DNA of 64,000 bases, from assembly GCF_006345805.1 (NCBI RefSeq), contig NC_042998.1:147932001-147996000 (forward strand), in the 5' to 3' direction. Position numbers and translations under genes: made by a program. Source of the DNA: Octopus sinensis (Eukaryota). Positions 1 to 13,150 of the stretch are shown piece after piece. Within the stretch, counting starts at the first letter, position 1. Each line of letters starts with the position of its first letter. The notes beneath the pieces are model-generated. The model did not search any database and was not told the DNA's origin. It saw only the letters and a list, made by a program, of their open reading frames with translations.

Positions 1-58
1 TGTGCCTAAATTAAAAACAATTATTTAGAATCTTCTTTTCAAAACTTGTGACTGGGGC

Positions 59-330
59 ACAGGCATGATTGTATGGTTAAGAAGTTTGCTTCCCAACCAT
101 ATGGTTTCATATTCAGTCCCACTGCATTACACCCTGGACACGTGTCTTCTACTATAGCCCTGAACTGACCAAAACCTTGCGAGTGGATTTGGTTGACAAA
201 AACTGAAAGAGGTTCCTAGTATGTGTGTGTCTAGGTATGCATGCATGACACTTCTTGTATGGTAGTTGTAAATGAGTGTTACTATCATGTGCACAACTTC
301 ATTCATTTCTAGTAATCTGCCAAATCATAT
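59..330 (+). mobile_element. Degenerate tRNA-derived SINE (head and central part)
   Basis: Matches the head shared by many copies in the window: ggttaagaagtttgcttcccaacca...gtgtcttctactatagccc...gagtggatttgg. Confidence 0.7.
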
Positions 331-1894
331 TACAATTGATGTTTTATCTTTCAGAAGTTAAAGAAAAACTAGTGCCTAATTTAAAGTTTTGACCCAACAA
401 ACATTTTAAATATGAATCTAGTATTTTGTTATTGGAATAAAAACTATGCAGAATAAATAATGGGGGGAGGGGGGAGAAAGGATTATGCAATTTGCTTTAC
501 ATAGTGTAAAATAACATTTTATGCCTATTCACCAAATTTCTTTTGATAATTAAAAAGATATCTTCAGGATTTAAAGATAAGTATTTTTTTGTTAATTCAT
601 TAGAAAGGCTTCACTAAAAATATTATTGTAAAATTAAATAAGTTTGTGGTTGCTCTGGATTTATGAAATAAGTGGAGCATTTTTTAATGATACGTTTATT
701 ATACATTCTATTATACTTTCCTGATAACAGCCATTCAATTATTTATTTTGTTTTATCAGCACTGAAGGATCCTCTGGCATTAATCCAAAACAAATCTTTA
801 TTGTTACACCTTAAATAGTTGATTAAGTAGTTAACATTAGAATCTTGACTCATGCATTGCATTCTGTCATTGAATAAGGAAATTAATCTATTAATCTAAT
901 TTTAAAATGTGAACTAGCTTTACCATATTGTGTGTTAAGTAACCATTAAAAAAAAAACAAGAAAGAAAAAAAAACCCCAAAACTTCTGATGTGTAAAATC
1001 TGAATTCCAATGTTAAGAAAAGTGATATAAAAATATTCTCAATTTTTCGTTAAAATTTAAAAAAAAACTGTTTTGTTTACCTTTTGCAAGTGTGCATTTC
1101 ATTAAGGTTATATGATAGTTTTATTTTTAGTACTGAGGTATTATGATATCACTTTCAAAGAGAAACTATTGTAATTGATATTTCTTTATTGTTTTTACTA
1201 GAGGAGCATCATTTGACAGACACTTATTGTATACAGCTTATCTGAAAAACCAGTCAGTTTGTTGCAATTGTAAAATAATTCAAATATTTTATTGTTGAGG
1301 CTAGGAAAACCATGTGAAACATCTACTCCAATTTCTTATTGCTTGTTTTTACATCCATTTTTTTCCATACTATCACACATCTGATTCCTCTTTTACCCTG
1401 TTTACTCTCATTCTCATTTTGTACTCTTCTTAATGTGCACAAACATTAAACATCTAACAGACCATACTTATAATTTCTTTGCACACTTGCATCCTTTGCC
1501 TTCACTGCTGTGTTTTTGTAACCATGCAACATCACACTTTTTATTCTATTATCATACAATCTGTCCTTCAATGAGAGAGGTAATCACTTTTTTCTTTGTT
1601 AGCAGGGATAATGACTGTCTCCTAATTATTTCCATTTTGTTCTCACTCTGGTTGTTTTTGGACAGTCTCCTCCAATGCTAATTTGGTCTCCTATGTGACA
1701 AGATTTTTTTTTTAGGGTACTCTCTAAGCATTTGAAAGAATTTATATGCCCACTACTCCTTTGCATCTACTACTTATGAAGTCCTTTATATACTGAGTGT
1801 TTGGGCTAAATTTGACAGTTTGCATAAAAGAAAAAGAAAACATCTGATCCAGAAATAAAAGTATTTAAAAAAATAAAAAATTACCAACTAGCTG

Positions 1895-2245
1895 GGAAAT
1901 AATAGTTTACTCAAAGTTGCTACCCTCAGCTTCCACCATGGTCTCAAGACAGCTCCAGAATGTAACATGTGTTCCTCAGTGTGTCCCCAGGAAAATCTTA
2001 GCACCTCTTTGATCTTGATCACCAGCTTCATCTTGGTGTAGCAGGTAGAGTGATTGGTGTTTTTCTCAACTACGCCCCACATGTAGTAATCCATGGATTA
2101 CAATTGAGGAAATTAGGAGGCCACACATATGGCTTCCAGCAGCAACCCTCTCCAACCAGAGATTGACCACAGTCTCCAGCAATATCATTTGGCCATCTGC
2201 ATTGAGGTCAAGTCCCTGTTCAAAGATACAGGGTTGAATCCTGAT
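1895..2245 (-). mobile_element. maT/DD37D (Tc1/mariner superfamily) transposase fragment, internally deleted
   Basis: Minus strand reads ...LWLERVAAG..YVW[deletion]PPNFLNCNPMDYYMWGVVEKNTN..., homologous to the element at 25074-25912. Confidence 0.7.
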
Positions 2246-2639
2246 GTGCAGACATAATTAGAATGCATGCTGTGTCCCCTCCTGTTGACCATAGCTTCAT
2301 AGTCTCAATTGTAGCTGTCCTTGTTACATCTTACACCTTTACAGTGTTCACAGAGCAATGAGCAGTAGTCATGATGTCAGCATTTTGATACCTGCCATGA
2401 ATCAGCATGATACAGGTAACTCTTTTCCAATATTCAGATAGCTTTCAGTCCTTCAAGTCAGCTAACTTTTTTCTCAACTACAACCTTAATCTTTATGCTC
2501 TCCCATGCTGTTGACTGCTCACCAGTGCATGAAGCTGTTCCTGAAAAAAAGAGAAATTAGAAAAAAAAAATCATCACTACCATCTTTATCTTTATCTTCC
2601 TAGCTACTCCCACTCACCTTATATAATGTGTTGGGTAAC

Positions 2640-2965
2640 CATGTATCTCCTCTGTATGTAGCAAGACACCTGTACTTGTTCCTCTGTCATACTTTAGGCT
2701 CTCAACACCTCAAATCGCTCCCCTCCCACTTAGTTGAGGTGGCTTTTACTTGTTCTTTTCCTCTCTTGTAAGTTGCTGGTGATCACATTAGTACCACTGT
2801 TACAAAAGAAGCTCCCAATACACATTGTTAAGTGGTTGGTATTAAGAAGGGCATCCAGCCACACAAACCATGCGAAAGCTGACATGGGAGTTCAATGCAG
2901 AGACTTGCCAGATGCCGTCAAATTGTCCAACCCATGCTAGCATAGAAAATAGATATTAAATGAGG
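2640..2965 (+). mobile_element. Short element with RTE-type 3' tail (SINE or truncated RTE derivative)
   Basis: Ends in gtggttggtattaagaagggcatccagc...ccaacccatgctagcat...attaaatgaggat, the RTE tail. Related bodies occur near 19340-19620 and 32690-32910. Confidence 0.55.
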
Positions 2966-3381
2966 ATAACGATCACTCACACACACACACACAAACACAC
3001 ACACACAAACCTTATCTCTTATTAATTTCTCTCCATGAAATCTATGTCTCCTTTTTATCATATCTCCTCTTGTCACTGCTGCAGTTTGTTCCGAAGATGA
3101 GAGCCAGAGGAAGAAACAGTAAAATGAGTTGCCTCAACAACTATTGTCTTTGTGTGCATTTGCATGCACACACACACACAGCGATGTCTGTCTGTCTATA
3201 CAGAAAGACAGACGGGGGTGGTCAGCAAAAGAAGACAGTGACTTCATCAGACTATAACAATGTGGCGAATTGGACCTTAAAATAATGACTATTTAAAAAG
3301 TTATCTGTACAGTAACACAATTGTATATACCAATTTTACATATTAAACACATTCCCGGCAACTGGTACGTGCATACTAATT

Positions 3382-3872
3382 GCTTGTAGGGACACCATAT
3401 TTTGTTATGCGACCATAATATACTATCAAGTATATTGAAAACTTATAAACCAATACTTCGTCCTACCTGTGTTAGTAGTGCTATTCAGTCATGTGTTTGC
3501 AGTGTTATTCATTACGTTTTTTTTTTTAAAGTTATCTCCATAGATTTCCCATAGAAATTAGAGCCAGCACTGTAGGTTATGGCATTTCCTATACAAATAT
3601 GTCTATGTAAACAGTGCCTTTAAAGATAGAAAAATAGGTAATGGGTGTATATGCATATTTCAGGAATCCTTGTTCCTTCTTTAGCACCTCATCCAATACA
3701 TTTATCATTCATGAACACATTACTTAAATAGCCTTCAAATATAGCAGTTACACAATTGGATATACAAATTTTACATATTAAACACAGGTGGGTCACAGTA
3801 TTTACTTACAAGCCTTTAATATACGTGGTAGTATATTATGGTCGCATTACAAAATACGTTGTCCCTACCAGC
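3382..3872. mobile_element. MITE-like element with about 75-bp inverted repeats
   Basis: 3382-3457 is the reverse complement of 3798-3872 (for example tagggacaccatattttgttatgcgaccataatatact versus agtatattatggtcgcattacaaaatacgttgtccctac). No ORF. Confidence 0.65.
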
Positions 3873-3884
3873 TATTTATATTAA

Positions 3885-4130
3885 ATTCCGTGCCGGTGGC
3901 ACATAAAATACACCAATCTGACCGTGGCCGTTGCCAGCCCCGCCTGGCACCTGTGCAGGTGGCACGTAAAAAGCACCCACTACACTCACGGAGTGGTTGG
4001 CGTTAGGAAGGGCATCCAGCTGTAGAAACATTGCCAAATTAGACTGGAGCCTGGTGCAGCCTTCTGGCTTCCCAGAACCCCGGTCGAACCGTCCAACCCA
4101 TGCTAGCATGGAGAACGGACGTTAAAAGAG
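3885..4130 (+). mobile_element. RTE LINE 3' UTR fragment
   Basis: Nearly collinear with the 3' UTR of the RTE copy at 36030-36275 (gtggcacgtaaaaagcacccactacactcacggagtggttggcgttaggaagggcatccagc...ggacgttaaa). Confidence 0.85.
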
Positions 4131-4589
4131 AAAAAAAAAAAAAAAAAAAAAATGATGACAAAAATGTTAAAATAAATGAATGAATGCACATATTTGGTGG
4201 ATGCACACAAGCATTTAACTGACCACTTTTTCATGAGTAACAGGTATCATTTATTTAGAATTTATAACAATATAGTTATATTCATGCATATATTGAATAG
4301 TGCCTTAATATTTCTCAGCTCACTTACAATTTGTCTTTCGTGCAAATTAACTTTGCACATTCATATTAAACCTAATTTTTAACATTCTTATTTTCAATTA
4401 CTCAGCTTTCCTGCATTGCCTGCATACAATACTAATTTCTCACTGCTACCTAGTATCATACTATTTATGTACTCTTTTTTTTTTTCAGTGAAAATCTCAG
4501 TTACCAATCTTTTATGCTATCCTGCTGTATTGAGGTGACAAAAATTCTGTATTTGGAGCTTATTGGTTTCTAATTAAGAACATTGTGGT

Positions 4590-7150
4590 GTCATCATCAT
4601 CATCATCGTTTAATGTTTGCTTTCCATGCTGGCATGGATTGGATGGTTTGCCTGAGGCCTGGCAAGCCACGAGGCTGCATCAGGCTTGACCACACCGCAC
4701 TGGCATCGACCACACTCGAATGGTGCTTTTTATGTACCACTGGCATGGGAGCTAGCCGGGTAGCATTGGCATTGACCATGCTCAATTGGTGCTTTTTACG
4801 TACCACTAGCACCGGCATCATCCATGCTCGAATGGTTTTTTTTTATGTGCCAGTCAGGTGGCACTGGTATTGGCCACGACTATGATTTCACTTGACCCAA
4901 CTGCTCTTCTCAAGCACAGCATATGGCCCAACGATTGAAGGGTACTTTTAAACGGGCTGGTTATGCGACTCTGGCTTCGGCCACAGCTGCAGTCTTGCTT
5001 GGTTTGCAGGTCTTTTCATGTACAGCATATCTCCAAAGGTCTCAGTTGCTTGTCATTGCCTCAATGAGGTCCAACATTCGATGGTCGTGCTTCACCACCT
5101 CATCCCATGTCTTCCTCCATTGTTAGTGTGTGACACTTCTTCACGCAGCTGTTCTCATCCATACACAACACATGACCATACTTGTACAGTCATTTCTCTT
5201 GCACACTACGTCTGATGCTTCTTATGTCCAACTTTTGTCTCAGGACGCTTACACTCTGTCGTGTATGCACACTGACATTGCTCATCCAGTGGAGCATACT
5301 AGCTGCATTTCTTTGAAGCCTACACTTCCTCAGAAGTTGCAGCCCATGTTTCACTGCTGTATAGCATGGCTGTTTGCACCCATGCATCATACAGTGTACC
5401 TTTCACTCTGAGTGAGAGGCCTTTTGTTACCATCAGAGGTAGGAACTCTCTGAAATTTGCCCAGGCTATTCTTATTCTAGCAGCTACACTCTCAGAGCAT
5501 CTACCCCAGCTACTGACTTGGTCACCTAGTTAATGGAAACTATCAACTACTTGTAGTTTTTCCCCTTGGCATGTGATGGAATCTGTTTTCTGAACATCTT
5601 CATTGTTTTTTGTCCTTGTGCATCTGCCGCACACGGAAACTATCTTCCCAGTTAACATTCCTTTGATATTGCTGCACCTCTTATGTGCCCATAGCTTACA
5701 CTGCGTATATCTTATTGAGTTTCTACCTATGCCTTTTCTACAGATTGAGCAGGGCCATCTACCTGAAGGGATTTGTTATTTATCTGCTTTCCTACTTACT
5801 AAGACTAGTTTTTGTTTGATTGACTCTAAGGCCCTTTGATTCTAGACCTTGCTTCCACACCCGAAACTTCTTCTCTAGTTCTGGTAGTGACTCAGCTATT
5901 AGAGCAAGGTCATCAGCATAGAGGAGCTCTCGGAGACAGCTTGTCTTGAATTCCTCTGTTATTACTTGTAGGACTGTGATGAATAAGAGGGGGGGGGGAG
6001 GGGCTGAGGACTGATCCTTGGTGTACTCCTACTTCTACCTGGAATTCTTCACTATACTTGTTGCCAACCCTCACCTTACTGACAGCATCCCTGTACATGG
6101 CTTGTACAGCTCTCACCAACTACTTATCTCTCCCTAATTTCTGCATTGACCACCAGATAAGGGAACAGGAGACCATGTCAAAGGCTGTCAACGAAAGCCA
6201 AGTACAGAGGTTTATCTTTGGCTAGGAATTTCTCCTGCAGCTGTCTTACCAGAAATATAGCACAAGTGGCGCTTTTCTCTGGCACAAACTCAAACTGCAT
6301 CTCGTCTAAACCAACTCTCTCTCTCTAATTAGTTGGGCTATGACCCTCTCCATTACTTTCACCTGATCCAACAATTTGATACCACTGTAATTATTCCTAT
6401 CTAATGTCACCTTTGCCTTTGTAGCAGTTGACTATGGTGCTGCTATACCAGTCATTGGGTATGACTCCTTCATGTATCACCTGGTTGACTATATGGGTGA
6501 CTAGAGTACAGCTTACACTGCCAGATATTTTAAGCATCTCTGCAGTGATTCCTGATGAGCTGGGGGCTTTCCCTGTCTTCATACTCTTAATTACTTTATC
6601 TACCAAGGTACTATCAGTTTGAATAGCTGGTTCCTCTGTTGGGTTGACATTTGGCCGACTATTTTTCTTCTCTTCATTCTCTTCATTTAGCAACCTTTCA
6701 TAGTGGCATCTCCAAGTCTCTCTCTTTGCAGCATCATTGAATGCAAGTGAGCCATCATCCATGCAGACACATTTCTCTCCTATAACATCATGATTCTCTC
6801 TCACACACTGTCTTGCAATGAAGAACATTTCAAGTGTCTGGTCCTCACAATGCAGAACATTGGCAAATCTTTTCTTATCTGCTTCCCTTCTGGCTAAGTA
6901 AACCTGTCTCCTAGCTTCTCTCTGGTGATCTGATACAATTCCCTGCTACCACTGCACTTCCAATTCTTCCATGCCTGTTTCTTTTGCCTAATGGCCCTGT
7001 CAACTATGTTGTTCCACCACCACGTTACCAGCCACAGATCTTGTCAGCCCTCAACAGGTTGTCCCCAGTTGTCCTCCACCTTACGTGGTGCTATTTCCTC
7101 AGTGTGTAGGATATTAATGCATTTTTTACTTCCAGCTAACTTCAAGTCTT
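4590..7150 (-). mobile_element. 5'-truncated, degraded RTE-clade LINE (RT region and 3' UTR)
   Basis: Minus ORF fragments 6397-6828 (IPNDWYSSTIVNCYKGKGD), 5913-6119 (GVHQGSVLSP), YADD at about 5906-5917, and a (CAT)n tail at 4590-4607. Homologous to the copies at 34134-36300 and 62885-64000. Confidence 0.9.
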
Positions 7151-7247
7151 GTTCCCTGCCTACATCTAATACACTATTTTAGCCTTTTGTAATTTTGGTA
7201 AATTATAAAGATCTGTTGCTTTAAAACTTTCTTTTTTTTCTTTTTAG

Positions 7248-7317
7248 GAACCAATGAAATCCAGAGCTCCACAATTACATTTGGAATATAGGTTTTACAA
7301 ACAGCTTGGTCAAGCAG
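7248..7317 (+). CDS. CSNK1G: Casein kinase I gamma, internal coding exon ([23 protein letters not shown]+G), 70 nt, phase 0 to 1
   Basis: Polypyrimidine tract + AG at 7246-7247, GTAAAT donor at 7318. The translation matches the CK1-gamma motif EP(I/M)[18 protein letters not shown]. Confidence 0.95.
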
Positions 7318-7379
7318 GTAAATGCTTAAAGCTTTTTCCTTAATTTCATTTGTTCAGTGATCCAGATACATTATATGGA

Positions 7380-7760
7380 TATCATCATCATCACCATCAT
7401 TATCATATGTCTGCTTTCCATTCTGGTATGGGTTGGATGATTTGACAGAAAACTGGTATGCTGAGGAGCTGTACAGGTTCCAGTCTGATTTGGCATGGTT
7501 TCTTTGACTGAATGCCCTTCCCAGTTCCAATCACTCCAAGAATTTAGTGGGTGCATTTTACGTGCTACGGGTGCCAGTTACGTAACACAGCACAGCCACG
7601 ACTACAATCTCACTTGGCTTGACAGGTCCTCTCAAGCATGGTATATCACCAAAGGTCTTGGTCACTTGTCACTGCCTCTGTGGCTTGACATTCAAACGGT
7701 GCCTTTTATTTGTCACCGGAACAGGTGTCAGTTACACAACACTGGCATTGGCCATGACTA
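7380..7760 (-). mobile_element. RTE 3' UTR fragment immediately downstream of the CK1 exon
   Basis: (CAT)n tail, tgggttggatg...gaatgcccttcc and gtgcattttacgtgc motifs shared with the RTE 3' UTR. Confidence 0.75.
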
Positions 7761-9269
7761 AAATTACAGATAACAGATTATAAATATTTTGGTCTATTTT
7801 TAAGTAATATGATGTCCATTCTTATCCTTCCTATTGTCCACTATCTAGACCAAATATTGCAAGATAGTGGTGTCTGTTCATTTTCATAGTTGTGCAGTGG
7901 GGGCACTTGAAATTTGATCTGCATGGGTAAATGGTAAGAAATAAGAATATGTGAGATGGTTGGAATATAGTTTGGATTAAACAATGTGGAGAACAACTAC
8001 AAATGTAAGTTAAAATATGCTCAGAACAAAGTAAGAAGAAACAAACAAACAAAAGTATTGACCTAGGAGGTATGCTGTTTGACATAATTTGTTTGACATA
8101 ACTATCAGTACCATTATCATCACACGATCATTGTTCTTTTTCTTGCCTTTCTTTGGCTATGTTACTGTTAATATGCCTGCAGAAAAACTCTCTTTCAGCT
8201 AGTTCTGCTGGTTAATCTAGAATATATTGCAGGTTTTGTACGCCTACCTTTACTCATGTTATCATTTCTCAGAAGTTACCTTACATTTATTCACTTACAT
8301 CTAATATCTGAATCTATATTCTTATTCTGTTATGCTATTGATTCTTTGAAGTGTTGTGGTTATATGACATTTTCCCCATTTCTTTATACGGTTCTTTGCA
8401 TTTTTATTGATCTCTGCAAGGTCTTTAGAGCTGCAGGAGTTGGTTAGTGTGGGCAGAAAAGGTAGTGCTCCATATTATGGTCTGCGTCTTCACATTCAGT
8501 TGATTGGGCTGGTCTTGTAGCCATATCTGACAAAAGCAACTTTTGATTGTCCTGTTCTTCTCATGTGGTTGAGCGTTTTCCACTGAATCCAGAAGGGATG
8601 TTTTCAGTGGTGGAGAGATTCCTGTGTCAGTTGGAGTATAGTTTCTTTCTGAGAGGTTGTTAGGAGGTAGGCATAGTATTCATTGTGTTAAAAATATGTA
8701 TCTATATCGCAATTGCTTGTCTATTTCATTTTCATTCTTTTTATTTATATATGCTGCTTTTTCTATTGCTACGCAATATTTTTTTTTTTATTGTTTACCA
8801 TTCTTATAACTTGTCTTTAATGTGAAGCTTATCTCTTTTACAGATTCCCTATCAAATTGATTGGGACGGATCTGAGATTGTAACACTATTCTAAACATAC
8901 TTCATTGTTGTTGTTTAGTCTCAGATGTCACCATCTTGTTTGCTTCATGAATATGTTGAACTATGTCATCTGATGTGTCCTTTAAGTTGACTTTGTTATT
9001 TTGTGAATGTTATCCATCCTTCAGAGTGTTTTAATGAAGCTGGACAGTACCAACTTGATTATATTTCTCACAGCTGAAGATGTTAGACTGTTAATAGCAT
9101 TAAATTCAAGGTTTTCAAGAAACTTAAAATGATCTGGTCTTAGAGAAAGTTTACAACTATCAGTTCACTGGATTCTATGTTACATTTTCAGAATGTAACT
9201 TTGGATGCTGCTACAGGCACCAATCTGGTTTTTAGGAAGTTGCAAAAGATAGGGTATTTGAATAACGTT

Positions 9270-9444
9270 ATTTTATGCTCAGACCAGCCAGATCGGACTT
9301 TTCACTCCTACCATACTATGTTATAAAAATAAACAATCACAGCATTAAAATCTTGACACTATGAGATAATGCATGATTAATTCAAAACAATGCGAACAAA
9401 TAAGCAATACATTTGATAGAGTAGTCTGAATGTTAAAGGGTTAA
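9270..9444 (+). mobile_element. piggyBac-like MITE, partial
   Basis: Ends gatagagtagtctgaatgttaaaGGG TTAA. Same family as 39745-39967 and 45861-45995. Confidence 0.55.
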
Positions 9445-11189
9445 ATCTTCCTCTTCCTCAGAAGGAGCTGAATGCTGTCTGAAGACATGTAACTAGATTG
9501 ACCATTCCTAGCTCACCTTATTAATTTGTGTGTAATATGTACTCATGTATAATGTACATCACTAATTTTGGGTTTTACTGCATACTGACTTCCTGAAAAA
9601 GAACTGCTTAGTAAGATTTATTGTCTTACTATCCAAAACACACTGAAAAATTTCCTGGATGCAAAAATAAAACCCATAAATTTGAAAGTGACCATTTAAC
9701 ATAATTGATAAACGCAGAAGTTTTGCTGTTGACTTCAGTAAGAAAGGATATAAGGGACATAATGCTGAATGTAAACACTTTCATTACTGACTTCTTCCAT
9801 TTAAATGCTTTCATTAAATTCATGAGACTATGTTGGAGTGAAGCAAACATTTATGGATTGATATTAGTGAACACTATTAAAAATGTATTTATATCACCAC
9901 TCACATAATGGTTTCAGGAGTCAGTCAGTGCTACGTAATATTTGCTGACATAATACTGGTCCATTTCTGTTCATGAATTGCATTCACCACAAAGCTGAAG
10001 TGTGGACCTTTTTTTTGTAATATTATATTTACTTGTATCCAAGGATAGCTGTAAGCAAGCTATCAATGGCTTTAAGCTATCTATTAGCTTTTGTTCTAAT
10101 TGCCATACAGGTGACAAGTCTCTTCATGCATGATTTATATGTCCAAGTAGAGAAAGAGATCTTTCTGCAGTTTCACACAAGGAGAAACAGTTTAGCATAT
10201 TTTATTTTGTAATAGCATAAAACTTAAAAACCAATCTTCTGATTTCATCTTTTGTTGTTAGTGCTCATAGTTTTGGTTCTAGTTACCTTTTTGTCTCAGA
10301 AATGCAATGAATTTTATTTCCAACACTCTTGCTGATGAATCTGTGTTTACTGGTGAAAGCTTTAATCAGATATGAATGATATAATGTATCATCTCAAAAT
10401 CAAATTCTCCATAAGTGGTATTTATTTTGACTGTGACATCCTCAACATTTGTTTGTTTATAGTACTGATTTTTTGACTGCTGCCTACTAACATACACAGT
10501 CATTTGGGTGGTTTGGATGTGTGTGTGCATGCATGCGCACTATTGTCTGTCTGTGTGTCTGGTTAGTGTATTCAGTGACTTTTAAGCCAAATCCAGTATT
10601 AGTAGATTGCTTGCAAGTAGTTTTTTTTTTTCCCTTATATTTGAGTATTAAACTGTGAAAGTGCCATCATTATTGTACAAAAATGTAACATTATTATGAT
10701 TTAAAATTTTTTATTATAAATCATTTAACTTGGCTATCAATATGAATTACTTGAGGTTATGTTGGCCAGAATAATGCCACATATTTGAGGTGGGAGAAAA
10801 AATAGGTACCATTCTTGAAAAAGCGTGTATTTTACACAAATACATTAAAAAACCTCTACTTAATGTCACCACGTCATCAAGGGGGATTTCCCTTCACCTC
10901 ATCGAATGAAGTCAACTTAGCTTGAATCTTTTGGATTTGTGGCTGTTGAGGTCAGATCTAGAGCAAACTTAAGTTACAGTAACCCAGCTAGGTTTTGATG
11001 GAGGATTTGTAGAATTTCTTTTATAAACCTACTCTTCCCTGGGAAAGTTAAAATTTTTTAATAAAGTCAATAAAATGTACTTCTTAGAATACTGGATTAT
11101 TCATCAGAAAAGTAAGTGATTTTTTAAAAATGTAAACATATAATGATTTATTTAACATTTAATTGCTGAGTTAGCTCTATTTTAAGTTT

Positions 11190-11440
11190 ATATAGTTATT
11201 AGAGTATCTGTTTATCCAGAGCAAATATGATTTGGTAGCCCATACAGTCTTTCGTTAATTGTTTTAAGTACATATAAAGTCCCCAGCCAACAAGAGAAGG
11301 GGCTGTGTCAGCTCTGGGGTGGTACTGTTTTGCACTTGAATAGACTAAGAGCAGCTTGAAGCGAAGTGTCTTGCTCAAAGATGCAGAATTGAACCCACAA
11401 TCATTTGATTGTGAACCTAACAATCTAACTACTTGGCTGT
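11190..11440 (-). mobile_element. tRNA-derived SINE (third family)
   Basis: Minus strand gccaagtagttagattgttagg...gggttcaattc (A/B box-like), followed by ctttgagcaagacactt. Confidence 0.55.
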
Positions 11441-11869
11441 CACATACTAGTTAATAATATCATTAAATCACAACTAATCATCTGTCTTAGATTAAAATTG
11501 TTTTCATTTAATTGTGCAATCTAAGAGAAACTATTATTTTCAATGTTGACTAATTGTAATGTTTGTATCTGTAAGGTGAAATGAAATACCATATAGAAAT
11601 AAGATTTGGATGCTAGTTGAAAGAATTACACCTGATTACTTTGACCTCCTTTTTGAAGCTTATAGTAGAATATTGTTGATATATCCTTTATGTTGGGTAT
11701 AATAATGGTTTCAAGTAGGTTCCTTTTTCCCCAGTAGCATTTGTTGAAATTAGTTTATGTATGAGAAAATGAATAGATGTAGCATTTAGTTTGTATTTTG
11801 ACAAGAGGATGAAAGAGAGATGTTGAGACAGTAACTGAGAAACAGAAAAACTGGAGCTCATCATCATCC

Positions 11870-12290
11870 TCATTTTTAATGTCCACTTATCCATGTATGG
11901 AGGCAGATTTTCTAAGACTGAATGCCTTTCCTATCACCAACCCTCACCTGTTTCCAAGCATGTTGTTGCAGAATATTGGAAATGAATAAAATTGCTTGTT
12001 TGACTGTGACACTCATTTACAAATATCATGCGATATCAAGACGAGGAGGCACAACCATAACTCATACACATGGATGTGTGTGTGTGCATGTCAGCATGGA
12101 CAATGGATGTTAAGATGATGATATATGATGAACTTCTTTCAGTTTCTTCTACCAAATTCATTCAGAAGGTTTTGTTTGGCCTGAGGCTATAGTATAAAAA
12201 ACACTTGCCAAAGTACCATGCCGAGGGACTGAACTCAACCATTTGATTGGGAAGCAAAATTCTTAACCACGTAGTTATACCTGTGCCCAG
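11870..12290 (-). mobile_element. SINE with tRNA head and RTE-type tail
   Basis: (CAT)n tail at 11860-11872 and head remnant at 12140-12290 (cacttgccaaagtacc...gggactgaactc). Confidence 0.6.
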
Positions 12291-13150
12291 AACTTAATAT
12301 TATAATTCTAGACTGTATAGAAATTTTATGTGTGATTTATAGCTCCTTCATCAAATTCTGCACCTCATATGAGTTTTCAAAATAAATTTCCAGGACATAT
12401 ATACACAACATGCCAATAAACTTTATGCATATCCATTTGCTCGTTTCATAGCTGAACTTAAAATATCAAGGAAGATACATTAATGATAATGCTGAAAAAA
12501 AAATGTTTATATTAATACTCAGAAGAAAGAAAGAAAGGAAACAAAATAATCTTATGTATCATTTATATGAACGGTAACAATCATTTGGCCTGATTATTAC
12601 CTTATTTCAACCTCCTAAAAATAAATTACTGTTTTGTATTACAGAAAGAAGGAAAAGAAACAGAAATCTAGTCAAATTTAGTACAAGTGTAAATTGTTAA
12701 TTTAAAATTGACTACCTTGCTATAGTTATCTATGGTTTAGTTATTTTAAGTTTAATGATTCCATCAATTTTGCTCAGTTATTAACTCTTTGAGTTAATTT
12801 CTATTGATTGTACTGAATTCCCACCCCCCCCCTATTCTTTTTCTTTGCCTTATAATTAAAGACACAAAGAAGCTGTGTTTCAAATGTAGTTGTAATATAT
12901 TATTTATCTGAAGCTAACTGATATTTAATGAACACTCTCAAAGTAAGTTGTAAAAATGCTTGAAATGCAGGCTGCAAGCCAATTCTTCTATCCAGTACAG
13001 GTCAAAGAGTACTTTTTAGATTTCTTACTCTGTTACTTGCTTTAATCTTTGAATAGTAAAATAGAAAAGGATGTTTTTAATACATAGTTAAGAGGAAGTT
13101 GTGACAGTTTTCTAGTAACCTTTCTAGACTTCTTCAGATAAGCAAGGGTT

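Noticed and set aside
4489-4534. Candidate upstream CK1-gamma exon (strong acceptor, GTGACA donor)
   Set aside because: It is 46 nt, no frame gives the expected GKNLY..E.VAIKL peptide, and the phase does not fit; the true exon is probably upstream of the window.
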